Shown: positions 15,013 through 28,572 of the stretch, piece by piece
Position numbering within the stretch: the stretch's first letter is position 1
Layout: each line of letters starts with the position of its first letter
Assembly (NCBI GenBank): GCA_003344405.1
Contig: NOWV01000011.1
Span: forward strand, 186,001-250,000
Reading direction: 5' to 3'
DNA from: Trichoplax sp. H2
Taxonomy: Eukaryota
Length of the DNA: 64,000 bases
Notes under the pieces: generated by a model
Told to the model about the DNA's origin: nothing
Seen by the model: the letters and a program-made list of their open reading frames with translations, nothing else
Database searches by the model: none
Program-made: the position numbers and the translations under genes

Positions 15013-16474
15013 TTATTGATAAGCAAGCATTCTTAGCTTTTTAATGCCAAAATTATAAAATAAATATCCACTGATATGAATATTCTATCACAGAAAATTT
15101 ACTACTAATTTAAAGTTCTAGCGTGCTTTTTAAAGTAGGACTTCCAACTGTACCTCAGCTCCAGCGATTTCATTTCAGTTGATCTCATCTACTGTACGAA
15201 TCAACATAATACTGTAGCTAAAGTGCAAATATAACATTATTTGCGTGATTTAATAAATAGACATCGTTATTTATTTAGTAAAATTTTGAATCATGTTTCT
15301 TATCTCAGCCTATACAAAAGCTCAAGACATTGTCAGCTCTGTTCATTGCTGATTTTTTTATTCATAAGCAATATTTTTAGGTGATTTTTAAATAATAGAG
15401 GTTATAAATATCAGCTTAAGCGGTTATGGAAGTAAATCGTACCAGCTCAATATATGATAAAAATGAAATGTACAATGCACTCTTTGCTTAAATAAAACTT
15501 TATAATTACAACAGCAAATATTTTTAATGCTATATCATTTCAAGTTCCATTATGAAGGAAACGCATGCAGCGCTGTCTGATTAGATCACAGCAATAATCG
15601 AATATTTCTATCAATATATTAATAAAAGGCATTTTTAACATAAATATTCGAAAGGAAGGTAATAGGATGCTCATAAATTATAATTACTGGTTGATCCACA
15701 ATTCTAGCTAAGGGTACACCACAAAAATCAAAGAAAATGAATAACGAATTCAATTTCAACTCTGACAACTCTCTAGCAACAATTGCAGATGAAATTTAAA
15801 TTGTGTATACAGTCCAGTAATAAATTTTAAGTAATAGTTCTTATATAGATTTAATCAAATCAGTAAATATGATTCAATAATACGAGATAATTTATGGTTA
15901 ATACCGCAATCTGCCTAGTTAGATAAAAAAAGGATACATGCCACAATCCTGATTCATACATCTATATCAAATACGCGAATTTTAAAGGTGCAACAATCAT
16001 TCCTTATGAAATGTGAATTCATCCTCTATCAACTATAGCAATAAAATCTAACAAAAATAGCTCTACAATTGCATTTTATAAGCAGATTATTAACTATTCG
16101 CACAGTGATAAGAATTTACGTATATTTGTTTGAGGAAAATCAGAATGTGTTTATCTATATACGGTAATACAAGTGTTTCGGAAGACTAAATAATTTTGTT
16201 AAATCTACGCCATCTAGCACACTTTTACAACCATGAAAAGTATTATGAACGAATATGTCCAAGACTGTGAATGGTCTGTAATATTCACATTATCCAGTTA
16301 ATGTTTTATACAATTTTACTGTACAGGAACGTATTTATAATGCTTGATCTATCAAAGCAGCATATTTTCTGAATTAAAATTTAATCGCGAAGCTAGGATA
16401 TTTGCACAGGTTGTTCTGGCATGAGAAACTCTTCAGCGGTGAAAACAGTAGTTTTAAAGCATTCGTAAGCAACC

Positions 16475-19400
16475 TCACTTGACTTCTAAATTGCTAAGTA
16501 TATCTAATAAATATTTAAGCAAATAAAAAAATAATAACAATCAATACTTAATTGCAGTATTTAATAATTTCGATAAATAATTTACAAATAGCAATTAAAG
16601 ACGAGACCGCTGTATATTGGATTTTAATATAAAATTAACATCAACACATATAGATATTCAATGAGATCACTCCTGTTCTAAACTAATACAACGGTAGCAC
16701 AGTGTAAAAAATTGCATGAAGAGATCGCTTTTATTTATGTTGAAGATTCATAATTTCGTTGATATCTTGCAACAGTAGCGAGATCATGAATATTGCTAGT
16801 GGCATTAGCAATAGAGTATGATCAGCTAATGATAGCATATTTTGATTAGAACATTACCTGCAGTTCCTAAAGATGGCATAATTTTCTTATGCCTAGATAC
16901 AAGTTGTTCAATAGCAACATATCGCACCTCTACTTGTTGCAAAAGCCAGTCTTTTTGTACCAAACAATCAACAAGTTCAGTTGAAGTCTCTAATCCAATA
17001 AACATACACAATGTAGTTTTTGCATTAATTAAAGCACTGCTAAAAGCCTATTTTATTCAGAACGAACAGATTTCTAAACTTCTTTAATAAATAAATTATT
17101 AATAACGTACGTCATTTTATAACATAATCTTATTGACGAAGAAATTGTGGAGAAATATACTATTACAATTTTCCTAATTTTTTAGCAAAGGTGATCAGAA
17201 ATAATCTAAAATTGCATACCGTCTATTTTATTGTCTTTAATCAATTCATGCATAATTAGTAACAAAATTCACTAATTTCATAAAGCCTCCTTAAGCAGGT
17301 TACTTCTTCTTTCTAGAATAGTATTTTATTGTCTTTATAATACCATTCTACCGTTATTTCTGTTAGCAGATTTCATATACAGTAATGTAATGGCATCGGT
17401 TAACATTTAAAATTGACAATGGCACAGTACTTTCATCTTTTCAATTCAAGTTATTGTACCGCTAACAGAAGCGTACACTAACTACTGTAAACAAATAATG
17501 AAAACATAAGATTCCATTCATACCGGAAAAAAAAATCAATCACGATCAACTAAGAACATTAAATTAAATTATCTTACGCTTTATCTGCTCCTTTAAACTT
17601 CCATACAATTGTGATAATTTCTCTTTAGACATTTCTTCCACTATTCAATTCAACATACAAAATAAAAGGTCCAATGAGTACTTTATATGAAATAGATTCG
17701 TAGCAATAGATTATATAACATCTTTCCAAGAACTTAATTCCAGTCTTTCCACTAGATATAATTCTAGTTTAAGGCAGTTTATAGGAAGCAATTTTAATAT
17801 AGTTTAGTTTATAAGGGACCAGAATTAAAATTGTATTATTCGGATACCAAATATTAGTAATGAATTGTTAAAACTGTTATTAATATACGGGATTTAGATC
17901 TTTGGTTGGTGATATTAGTGATTCGGAGAGAAAATGATTGCTTAAAACGAAAAATATATGTAATACGACGCATTTTTCTCCAACTCTAAATTTATGTCCA
18001 AAAGGTAAGTCAAACGTTTAAAGCTATCAATTTACAGTTAATAGATCTCTTGACTAAGCAGCGTCCGTTTTTACCTCACAAATCATTCTTATTAAAAGGA
18101 TTGACTACATATCGTTTAGTGACTATTTAATACAAAATATAACTATGAATGCTATCAATCAATCAATAAGAAAAATTTTTAATAAGTTATAATCTTTCAG
18201 TAATTGTATATCATTCTATCTTATCCATTTGCTATTTTAATCTTTCTATTTAAATATTGATATCATCATGACCAGGCAATATTTAAATAATTTTAAAATA
18301 AATGAAGCTGCTGAGCAGAATAAAATATTGTACCTAAGATTAGAATCCCTAGTAGTACACGAATATACAATATCTCATGTCTACACATAAGCATAATTCC
18401 TAATTTTGATAACAAATAATTACATAATCATACAGAGTCAAAGTCTGAAGATTCTACTTATTAAGAATCGAATAGTAGAACCAAATGAATTCTGAATTTA
18501 ACCGTTCATATCCTATTCCCTATTGTGAGTAAATAAGTAATTTCAGGAATACTATAACAATCGCCACGTTATGAGAAGGGAAAAAGTAATAAATACAACC
18601 TTCAGCTTCTATTGGGTTGTTTAAGACTTTCTAAATTTAAGCTACATTTCATTAGTAGAATCCTGTTTTATTAAACCCGTACTGCAAATTTGAAAGTATG
18701 TATATATTTCACTTCGCTGATATATGGAATGAAATGACTAAAAGTAGTAATATACGCGTACAATGATTATAATTCAGAAAAATAATGTTCACCTAGTTAT
18801 GGATGAATTTTACTAGCTACAGCTAATTCTATAATCAAGCCAGACCCAAAATAATATATATGTAGTCATTAAAGTATAGATTCATAGAAATCACTAAGTT
18901 GATGACCGAGGCCGTTTGCCAAATAGTGTACCTCAATCGATTTTATTTGTTTATTAGTCGTTTCTGGTTAATATCTTGCCTATCAAATATACAACTTTCT
19001 GCACTTGTACCTTGTGCTAAACTACCGTTAATACTTTAAACCATTGCCATCGAAATATGCATCCCAGAGGATACAGAATGTAAATAGTAGATCAATTGAA
19101 ATACTTTTCATCTACACAGAAGGATAATTTTACACTGCTATAAAGTGGATTAAATTTAAGGTAACGTACGCCGGGGTTACTATGCAGAAAATGATACAAG
19201 GTAACAAATACACAATACAGTACTTATACATCTGTCATATTCCTGATTGAAAGCAATATTCTAAAGATCGATATGATTTTTTAAATTTTACAACCTGCTA
19301 GGAGATATTATTCTTAGATTACAGTACAGTACTTTCTTTCAAATCAGAATCAGTATTGCTACATACTGAATGCCAATTATAAATATCCCTTTAGCCTTAT

Positions 19401-20300
19401 TATGATCGACTATCACATGGAATAAATAATTTGTAGTGAACAACTTGTAACAGATCTGTAATCACGCTTTGCTCTTTCTATGCTACTATAAAAACCATCA
19501 CTTATACACTTGCTCGGTACAGTTAAGGAAATTGGAGATAAAAATGAATACTGCAGTACAGGCTATCAAGCAGTTTAGTATTACATGTGCGTGGTAAAAA
19601 TTTCGTAATAGAAAATGAAAACAGAAATAGAAATTAACTATCGAAAAATTATGATCAATTTATTCATTTTTATAACATTTGACTTACACTGACAGCGACT
19701 AAAACTGCCGTAATCTTTCTTGATATTAATATTATATTTGAATGGTCCAAGATCAGATAAATCGACATTGCTACCGTCTAAGCTAGTATCGCGACTAATT
19801 TTACCAGTTGCAGATGGGCTACCGCATTTGTCAGGCCTAAAACTACTACCGACAATATTGTCATCACTACAATTTGCTCCAGTTGATAACAAGTTACTTT
19901 GTGATGAAGTAAGTTGGTCACTTTCTGATTGGGTACGTTGTGGACATTGAGTATAACCGCCAATTTCAGTTTCTTTACCTAATGTTAGCATTGATTTTAA
20001 TTTGTCACGTATAGAAGTTAAGCTATAATAACTATTACTATCAACTTGACGGTTAGCAAGATTGTCTATATTTTTATCGTCGACTGATGTTAATGAAGCC
20101 GAAGTTTGCTTTGCAATTGCATGCCATTTCTCGAAACACCGGGAGTGTCCAACCACAGTAGACGAATGATAGTAACCTAACTGATTGTCCAATTTGCTAC
20201 AAATTGGACAAGTGATTAGATCGTGATCGTCTCCATAGCCATGACATATATAGCATTCACTGGATTTTAAATTGATTGTCTCAAATTCATCATGGGCCAT
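16475..20300 (-). CDS. Uncharacterised ~272-aa protein: N-terminal partial PHD/RING-CH-like Cys/His domain, Ser-rich linker, C-terminal FEZ/UNC-76/SCHIP1-like coiled coil
   Basis: Exons 20300-19688, 17640-17578, 16989-16858 and 16485-16475 have canonical GT-AG ends and consistent phase 1. The N-terminus reads CYICHGYGDDHDLITCPICSK...GHSRCFEKW. The C-terminus reads LEEMSKEKLSQLYGSLKEQIKQTSTELVDCLVQKDWLLQQVEVRYVAIEQLV, which by eye resembles the FEZ1/SCHIP1 coiled-coil core. The last micro-exon is least certain. Confidence 0.7.
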
Positions 20301-21510
20301 TATGGCATAAAGTTGTTTTTCTCCAAATACGCGATAAAATTTAGTTTATTCCAATGGAAAATATTCGACGTTAACAATATCGAATGATCAATAAATACCA
20401 GAGAAACCAAGCCAAATTTCACCTTTCAAAAATTTGTTATTCCTGCAATCGGGCGACAACATTAAATTAGATGGGAAGAGAAGAGAAAAGTTCACAATTA
20501 ATTGGAGAATGATCAATTAATACCGATCGCTATGAAAATTTATTCAACATACGACAGAGTGGAATAAGATGGAGTAACAATGCTAATTATAATGAAAAAT
20601 AATGACGTGTAATTCTGTTCAATCATACTGTATGATGGCATACAGGAACGATCGTGAATAATCATTTACCGTCGTAATTCTTCTTTTTAGCGTAGAATAT
20701 CAAATATTAGAACTAAACTGTTTGTTGAATGCTAAAAATGAATACTACAGTATTAATTCTAAATTTATTAACATAATATGGACCTGTAAAATTCAGATGT
20801 GACTTAAATAATTATAACATTCGCAATAATAAAGATGGCTCTTAACAGTAAACACATTAACGTGCAGATTTTGTAATAGCCAATCAATCATGGGTTATGC
20901 ATATACGTCGAATAATTTACCGTAGACATAATCGATTCAATAGTACAGGTGGTACGGTAAATTCTAACCATAGACGTCAAAAAATAAATCTAATGTTATC
21001 TGTATAACACGCACAGAAAATGCGAAGGATACTGCGTACAGTTTACAGTAACAGTAGTTGACAATATTTGTTTGATCCATTTATGATGGTCAAGGTCAAT
21101 CAATGTTAACGTGATAGTCGTTAATTTTTTTTGAAGTAATAAACTGCTGTAGTTATCATCTAATGGCTACTGTATTTAAAATTGAGATGGCGATTGGATA
21201 ATGGAAATAATTCGGTCATGATGTCATCCATCCAACGATTCCATGACAATAGTAACGTATTTCAATACGAGCATATTGTGATTACTGTAAGATTTACGTG
21301 CGCTATATTACGTCAAATATCTTCAACATATGGCACAAGATAGATGGTCACTTGATCTGTTTTAAAGTATTATGATTGATTGATTGATATGGTTGATTGA
21401 TGCAGTTTTTCAATCTAGTACTGTGATGTACAGTACAGTATAAATTGCCATGATAACATCGTTTTTATTGAAAAGGATGTTACTCTTTTCCTAGTCATCT
21501 GTCCTTGGGG

Positions 21511-21922
21511 TATACCGACTGAAATAAGAGTTGTATCGTAAGCTTGGAACTCAGTATAAATCAACTTGATTCTAGGCGGTCGTAGTCCATTTCACTAAAG
21601 CAAGCTAAACAATTTTAATTCATATGTTTGAGTAACGCAGTTTTAAATCCAGTTGATATGACTATCCTGTAATTTTAAATTGCAATGAAAACATCGTTCT
21701 CGTTGTAAAATTCAGTCAGTATTTTCTTAGTCCACTTTAATTTTAGCTCATTCATACTCTGGTATTACTTCTAAGCACGAGTTAATATACCGACTGAAAC
21801 AGGAGTTGCATGGAGAGTGTACTGTATAGAAGTGTAATATATAGTCAGCTTGACACTCATCATCAACTTGATAATAGCTGGCGTAATCTATTTTAAATAG
21901 TAGAAACAAGTTAAACAATTTA
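21511..21922. repeat. Two diverged copies of a ~110-135 bp unit (21511-~21620 and 21786-~21922)
   Basis: Both copies share TATACCGACTGAAA, ATCAACTTGAT and CAAG(C/T)TAAACAATTT in the same order. Confidence 0.65.
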
Positions 21923-21985
21923 ACTAGTCAGAAAGCAGTACTTTGTTTCCCTATTTTATGCCAGTATATTCTACTGTAAAACGAT

Positions 21986-22255
21986 ATTGTTGTTCCGTTA
22001 TCCATAGCAAATTACTCTATGATAGTATAGTAAAACGACAGCAACTAAGGATAGAACTGAGCTAGCTAACGATTGGATTTTTCACTTGAAACGATGGCGA
22101 ACTTTGGGTCCTTTGACAGAATTGTTGTTCCGTTATCCATAGGAAATTACTCTATGATAGTATAGTAAAACGGCAGCAACTAAGGATAGAACTGAACTAG
22201 CTAACGGTTGGATTTTTCACTTGAAACGATGGCGAACTTTGGGTCCTTTGACAGA
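21986..22255. repeat. Direct tandem duplication, 2 x 135 bp
   Basis: ATTGTTGTTCCGTTATCCATAG...GGGTCCTTTGACAGA occurs at 21986-22120 and 22121-22255. I count 4 substitutions between the copies. Confidence 0.95.
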
Positions 22256-22549
22256 ATCCTGTCAGTGAATTTCAATGTCGACCACCGTATTTCGCTATTA
22301 TATAGGCAGAATAAGCTGTTTCTAACCGGATAAAATATCCTAGAAGGCAACTACTATTTCAAAACTATCATAGTACTTACATTTGAAGCAGATTTTCAGT
22401 AGTTTTTCGTCAGTCATGACTAGAAGCAGCGTTGTTTTTTTACGACTTTAAGCCGCCATGTCTAAAAGACATGCTACGTAGATTCAGTTGTTGGCCACCG
22501 GTCAGGCCTGGATGAATGACCTGCGGTATGCGGTACATTACAGAGATAT

Positions 22550-22600
22550 ACTGTACACTGTACAATACGTACAGTACAGTGCAGTACAGTATGATACAGT
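22550..22600. promoter_or_regulatory. TACAGT/ACTGTA motif array next to a GC-richer patch, candidate promoter region for the minus-strand zinc finger-FEZ-like gene
   Basis: ACTGTACACTGTACAATACGTACAGTACAGTGCAGTACAGT shares ACTGTACACTGTACA and TACAGTGCAGTAC with the array at 51361-51403. A minus-strand GTAAGT donor lies at ~22375-22380. Confidence 0.3.
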
Positions 22601-24020
22601 TCACAAAGTGTAACGCTGTAGATCCCATCGAATCCCTCGGGGATTATCTTGCTTAATTGCCAATATAATTTACACTTTAAAACTCTGAAAATCAGAATGA
22701 AGTCTATTTATTTTAATAGATACAGCTTTATATAAAGAGTAAAGAAGCAAGAAGTATTCTACTTCAAAGAAAAACATGATGCTCGAAAAATATTCCAAAA
22801 TCAGCTTTCGGTATTACACAGCACTGTAGAGGCCCGCGATAGTAATTTACCATCGGTTTTTACGTCAAAACATACAACATTTTATTCAAATGAGGAGCAT
22901 TTCAACGTCTATAAGTACCGTTAATGATTCAATGTTGATTACTTTTAGAGTCAAACAAACACAAAAGTATAGAGATTTATATCGGATTTCAGTAACTTTG
23001 CAAAATAATATTTTGACAAGGTTGTCAGGTCAAGCGCATACGCGTATGTGGATAAATACCAAATTGGACTATAACTCAATGTTTAAAATCTAACGAAATG
23101 ATATACCCTTATCGACATCATCCTATACAGTGGAAAATGCTACTACAAATGATATAACTTTCGTCTTCAAGATCTGTATTACGCTGTTTAAAATTGAGGT
23201 TTCGAGTCGTTACAAAATGAATGAAATTCATCAATCGCTGCTATCCTAAAAAATGTTTTGTAGCTCCAGTAACACTTCTTGTTAATCAAACTACATATTG
23301 AGACCATTATAGGATTATACCAGACATTATAGCTAATATCTTGAATATTATTTTGACGTAGTTACTCTTAAAAATTAAACTTCTATCGTTCAATTCGCTT
23401 TTTTCCAATATATGATATCAATAAAATGGAAGAAATTTGCGAGATTTGAATATCATTTCGGGAATTGTTCAACCTTGGGATTGACCATAACAGTTTTGTA
23501 TGTAGTTGCCCTAACTGTGATATTATCTCATTTTACAGTAGAGAATTGTAATTTTATTCTGAATGTAAATTAGAGAAATTAAAACTGCTTGCTATATGCG
23601 GTTTGCAATTTAAGACCTTCTGCATTTCATTAACCATAGTTATAAACTCTCATATCTTATTAAGCTGCCACAAGGATCACCAGTGAACATTCGATATGAT
23701 CAAAATATCATTTCCTTTAAATAATGTAGGTATATTTTAATTTATTCATAGTATTATAAGATTATACTAGGGAAAGTAGCAGCATACATACTTAAATATT
23801 ACTAAGATTAAAATTACACAGATGTAATACCTAACATCACTTTGATTCTCTACCTTGAACTTCATTACTAATTTAATTAAATTTATCAGATGTATATCCA
23901 TATGAAGATCAGCTATGTGAGACATCGTGAAGATAGCCCGAGTAGGGCCAAATTACGTCCCCATTGGGGCAATATTTGAGTTTTGGTAACTCATTTAAAG
24001 CCCTAAGTGACGTAAAATGA

Positions 24021-27000
24021 TTATGCATTGATGCGATAAATTCTATCCTTAGAATAAATACTTTGAGGTCCATCAATAGCTGGCTTTACGGTGTAGGATT
24101 GTTCTTGAATGCAATAGATGAAAAAATTGCTTACATTATCAATATAGATCATTTAAATCTGTAATAGATTATTTATAATTCTACCGCCTAATATCAAATC
24201 TGATTTACTTTGGCAAGCTCATGGCAAGATCGAATCATAATATTAATCTCCAAAGTTCTAAATTACCTGCGCATTTTGAGACTGCAAATCCTAGCATTGA
24301 ATTAACTCGATCAAATGTGACAGAGAATCCTTTCATAACAACATCTCCCAAGATGATACCTACAGTATTGCGAGATAATTTGACTGGCATCAATTGAGAA
24401 ATACAGCAAAGCTGTAAGCAATTCTAAGCTAATCTCTGTGTAATCAGATATATTTCATGATAGGTATTACCAAATGCACCAGAAGTCCCTGCTATGCCAA
24501 AATGATAGCACGGTTTTCCATGACGTTCTTTTCCAGATAAGATGAAATATTGCTATTTAAAATAAATGTTCCAGTTACTAATACGTACGAGTAGAATGAA
24601 TTGCTACATTAATTTCCAGCGATTGGTCTTTGTGATAAATTTATCTCTAATTAATCAAAGCTGTAAAACGATTGCTCACAATTGAATAATGGGACCGAAG
24701 ATATTCTACTTTCACTAATTATATCAAATAACACACGAAAAGTATTACTAATAATTGTTGATTATCACCAAGTACAGTATAAGGATTGATCTTATTCTTA
24801 CTATGACTACAATAGGATTCATTACTGTCATATGGAAACGAAAAATATCATCACTATTGATAGCTAATTTCCAAGTATAAGGATTTATCCTATTTTTATG
24901 AATACTACAGCTACTGTAAGATAGCCGTACGAGTGCATAAAATAGCATTAATAAAAACTATAACGTCATTACATACTGTGCGCTATAAGGGATTATTTTA
25001 ATTTTGGCAATAGTATGGCTGTTGACTGTTTCCAGCAATTCGCATAAGCATTTTACGAATTGCTTAGGCATGAATCATGACTATGATACGAAATGTTATC
25101 ACATTTTAGTAATACAATGCTATGAAAAAAGTATGCTAATACGTAGTATTAGTATTAAAACTCAATTATGATTTAACATACCGATACGTAACATATCACA
25201 CTTTTAGCCATATTTATGATTACTCGTATGTAAAGATTATCTCTAGCAGTAACACCTGCTAAAACTGATTATATTACGGACGACAATATACGTTTACAGT
25301 AGGCTATCATACAAGTTTTCCAGGTATTGCTGCAGAGTACACAGTAACTAAGCAACATCTATGCAATCATCTCATAATTAATCTTTTGTAATATCCCCTT
25401 ACCATAGGCGAAAGAACTAATGTAAATTGTTGTGGTGTCTTGAAATTAGTTTTCTCGAAGGATGCCAATCGTATAGATAGGCGAATAGTTGGAAAACGAT
25501 GTTGTAACAATTGCGATTCTTCCATACATACTGCATGACCCCGATAGAAAAAACCATGCGAGAAAACCGATCGATCCTAATAAGAATTTAATTATTGGAA
25601 CGACATCCTCGTGGTTCTCGCAGATCAATGAACTTAACGAATCAAATACTTTAAGACATAAGTAAACGCAATATCATAAATACCTGAATGGAACGAAGAA
25701 AGATTGGCATTAATCGTTTATACATAAAAGGAGGAAAGCGGAGTATAGATGTTCCACTATCGACCAAGGCAGGATAATGCATGTACTAATGTCAATACGT
25801 GTGTAAAGTAACTTATATTTTAGCAAGTAATTAAAGGTATGGCATAAAACATGTTAAATTATAGTAGTTTCTCCTTTTGCAAGGATCGATTGATATAAAC
25901 ATTAGACTATACGGTAAGTAAGGAAAACCGTACGGTATAGAACTGAAACGATTTTTTACTAAAATACATCATAAATATTTGATATCTGTTCGTATCTTAT
26001 ATCGCTAATTTTAATTATTAATAACAATTTATTTCGTATTTTGGCACAAGTATGATACCTTGAAGATTAAATAGTATGGCAACAATAAGAAAGGCACAAA
26101 AATAAGTAGTATCTTACATTCACAGCAAACAGGAAACTAGTATCGACTTATTACAAATTGCCGGGTAAAATACCCAACTTAGGTGATATACATCTCTGCG
26201 CATAAAGCATATCCTGATGTTCACTTACATCATATGGTGAAAATCCAATGGATTGCCCATCAACTAATACATTTGTTAATTGAAACTGGTAATAATACTT
26301 TTCCACGATAGGTGTATAAAAGACAGGTCCAGCAAGTAAATTATTATCGATTCCGCCTAAAGTCTAGAACATTATTTATTAAGAAATCCTATTAAAATCT
26401 ATATTCTATCTAAAGCTGCTAGAAGAAAATTTGATTGAAATGCCTGATTTAGCATACGAGATATCACGATACCGGATGTATGTATAAAGTTGCTAAATAT
26501 CATTTACATTTAAAAAAAGTAATGATCTTCACATCCTAAGAGTCAAATTTTAAAATTTCTACTAATGTTATATACTTTAAAAAGAAGCTTATTTCAAAAT
26601 GCATTTTAGTGCACGGAAAACGTTGTGTTGGCAACAAATTTTTCAAAGCAATAATTCAAATTAAGGAATTTTCATACACAAAGTTATATAATACAATGTA
26701 CGATAATCATTACGCCATGTCATTTGGCATCACCTTTCAATATAACAATATTGATCGATAAAATGAAGCTCATCACTAACCATAAATCCACCACCAGTGA
26801 TATATTGATTGCCGAATAGATCCTTTCTCATCTTGCTAGCACAATAGGTTAAAGTAAATATATCGCGAATACCAGCTTGTTGAACAATTTCATTAAAGAC
26901 TGGTTTTTGATAGAAATTTCCTTGCTGATGCCATCATGAAATCATCAAAAGAGAATGCCCTCAGAGTAATATCGTTAACTCCCTTGACAGTACTCTTGTC

Positions 27001-28572
27001 CTTAAATTATTGAAATTTACTAACTTACTACTGCTGAGGCAAGCTTAATTAATTCTAATGTTAACTTATGATAATTTTTAAAATAGTGTTAGACTAACTG
27101 CTGATGATTGAAAATAAGATTAATCCAAGTGTAAACTATTTAACTTTAAATCTATTACCATATAGATTTGTTACTTTCAAGTTTTAATCAGGATAGTTAG
27201 GAATTAGTATTGGAGTAGGCTTAATTTTAATATCAAGCAGGATAAGTTATTGCTACTATTCAAGATATTGTAGATGAGCTAAGTTAAATATTTTATTCTA
27301 ATCATTAATATGAAAGGTGACTGTCTCTTTCCAGTTTTATAGAAGATATAGGTTTATTGATAGTCAGTAAAATTTTCAATCTATAGCAGAATAAAAGTAC
27401 TTACCACTGCTAAGGATGGATAGGCTAAGCCTAATATTCCGTCAAATCTTGTCGTTTCGGTAAAGAACTCTTTTTGATTTGTAATTGCTGCAAATTGGAT
27501 TCGTACTTGTTTATATAAGCCAATCCCTAAATGGAGCATATCGCTAACCAATTGACCACTCCAGTAGCCTTTAACATAGCTGGAATCGATTCGTAAATTG
27601 GTTTCTTCTAGAGTTGATGATCTAAGAAAGTGGAAAATGTTGTGCTAACATTACTCTCTATGGTAAATCAATTAATTTTCTTTTCCGGTTTATACCTATT
27701 CATATGAAAGTAATGCTTAACAACAGGGCTAGGTGCAGCCATAATTCCACAGAAACTACTTCCAGTGTCCAAGATAACCCGTAGCTATATTGGCATAAAT
27801 ATTATCCCTTACTTATGATGTATAAATAGATCTATGATCATGAAATAAGTTGACAGTTTTTTTATAATATAACGGAGATAATAAAATTAAGTAACATTAA
27901 TATATCACATCATATTGTAACTTTATGATATGATCCGGTTATTGCATTGGAAATTTTGATTTTTATTCATTTATAAATATATCTTAGCTGTATATAAAAT
28001 CGTGTCGTCTATTAAGAATGATGCATTCATAGAATACTAGAAAATATTTGGACTTTGTAATCTCCAGGCGATCCTTTAGATTTCTGGATTGTATAAACAA
28101 GCCTCTAGCCAACATTAACAGGATAACCAAGCGAAAATAGTAGCATTTTAATGCTATAGCTAGTGAAATTACTATACCGATCTAATAATCAAGTCGTATT
28201 ATCAATCACTGTACTCTGCTATCCTGCTATAATTTCATCTATCAGACTAAAATAGATAATGTCTCTATTAGTGCACTAGTTTCTTATCTTAATATTTCTC
28301 CAGTAATATAGATATACGGTCTTTATAACTTTTCAATATTTGATTACCTTTTGAGGTGGTGTTCCTAACCATATCAACATGGAATAACCAGCTTGCCCTG
28401 ATCCTCTGACTCTATCAAGGTAAATCCGATCATTTTCTAACCGATGATGCTCGATAGGAATATTTGTAAGAGATCCATCATATATTCCATTCCCACTGGC
28501 TAAGGATAATGTTGAAATACATATTATGGAATACAAGATATTCAGTATGAAGGCAAACATTGTTTTATTCAT
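24021..28572 (-). CDS. BACE: BACE-like (beta-secretase/memapsin-type) aspartic protease, paralog A; no TM segment found
   Basis: Signal peptide MNKTMFAFILNILYSIICISTLSLA. Spliced exons give VRGSGQAGYSMLIWLGTPPQK|LRVILDTGSS, flap SYVKGYW, FDGILGLAYP, TLGGID, ALVDSGTS, GIILGDVVMKGFSVTFDR...GFAVSKCA and then EQSYTVKPAIDGPQ. The 3' end is uncertain: read-through stop at 24021, or a short terminal exon near 23953-24002. Confidence 0.88.

Noticed and set aside
14690-15220. Minus-strand exon-like stretches initially resembling a RAD51-paralog fragment
   Set aside because: No consistent spliced frame and no Walker motifs. The region 14889-15012 is better explained as the + strand last exon of CEP164.
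19720-19963. ORFs 19720-19950 (+) and 19778-19963 (-)
   Set aside because: Shadow frames overlapping the real exon 20300-19688.
21986-22255. CRISPR-like or LTR interpretation of the direct repeat
   Set aside because: Only two abutting 135-bp copies, with no spacers, no internal region, no TG...CA ends and a eukaryotic context.
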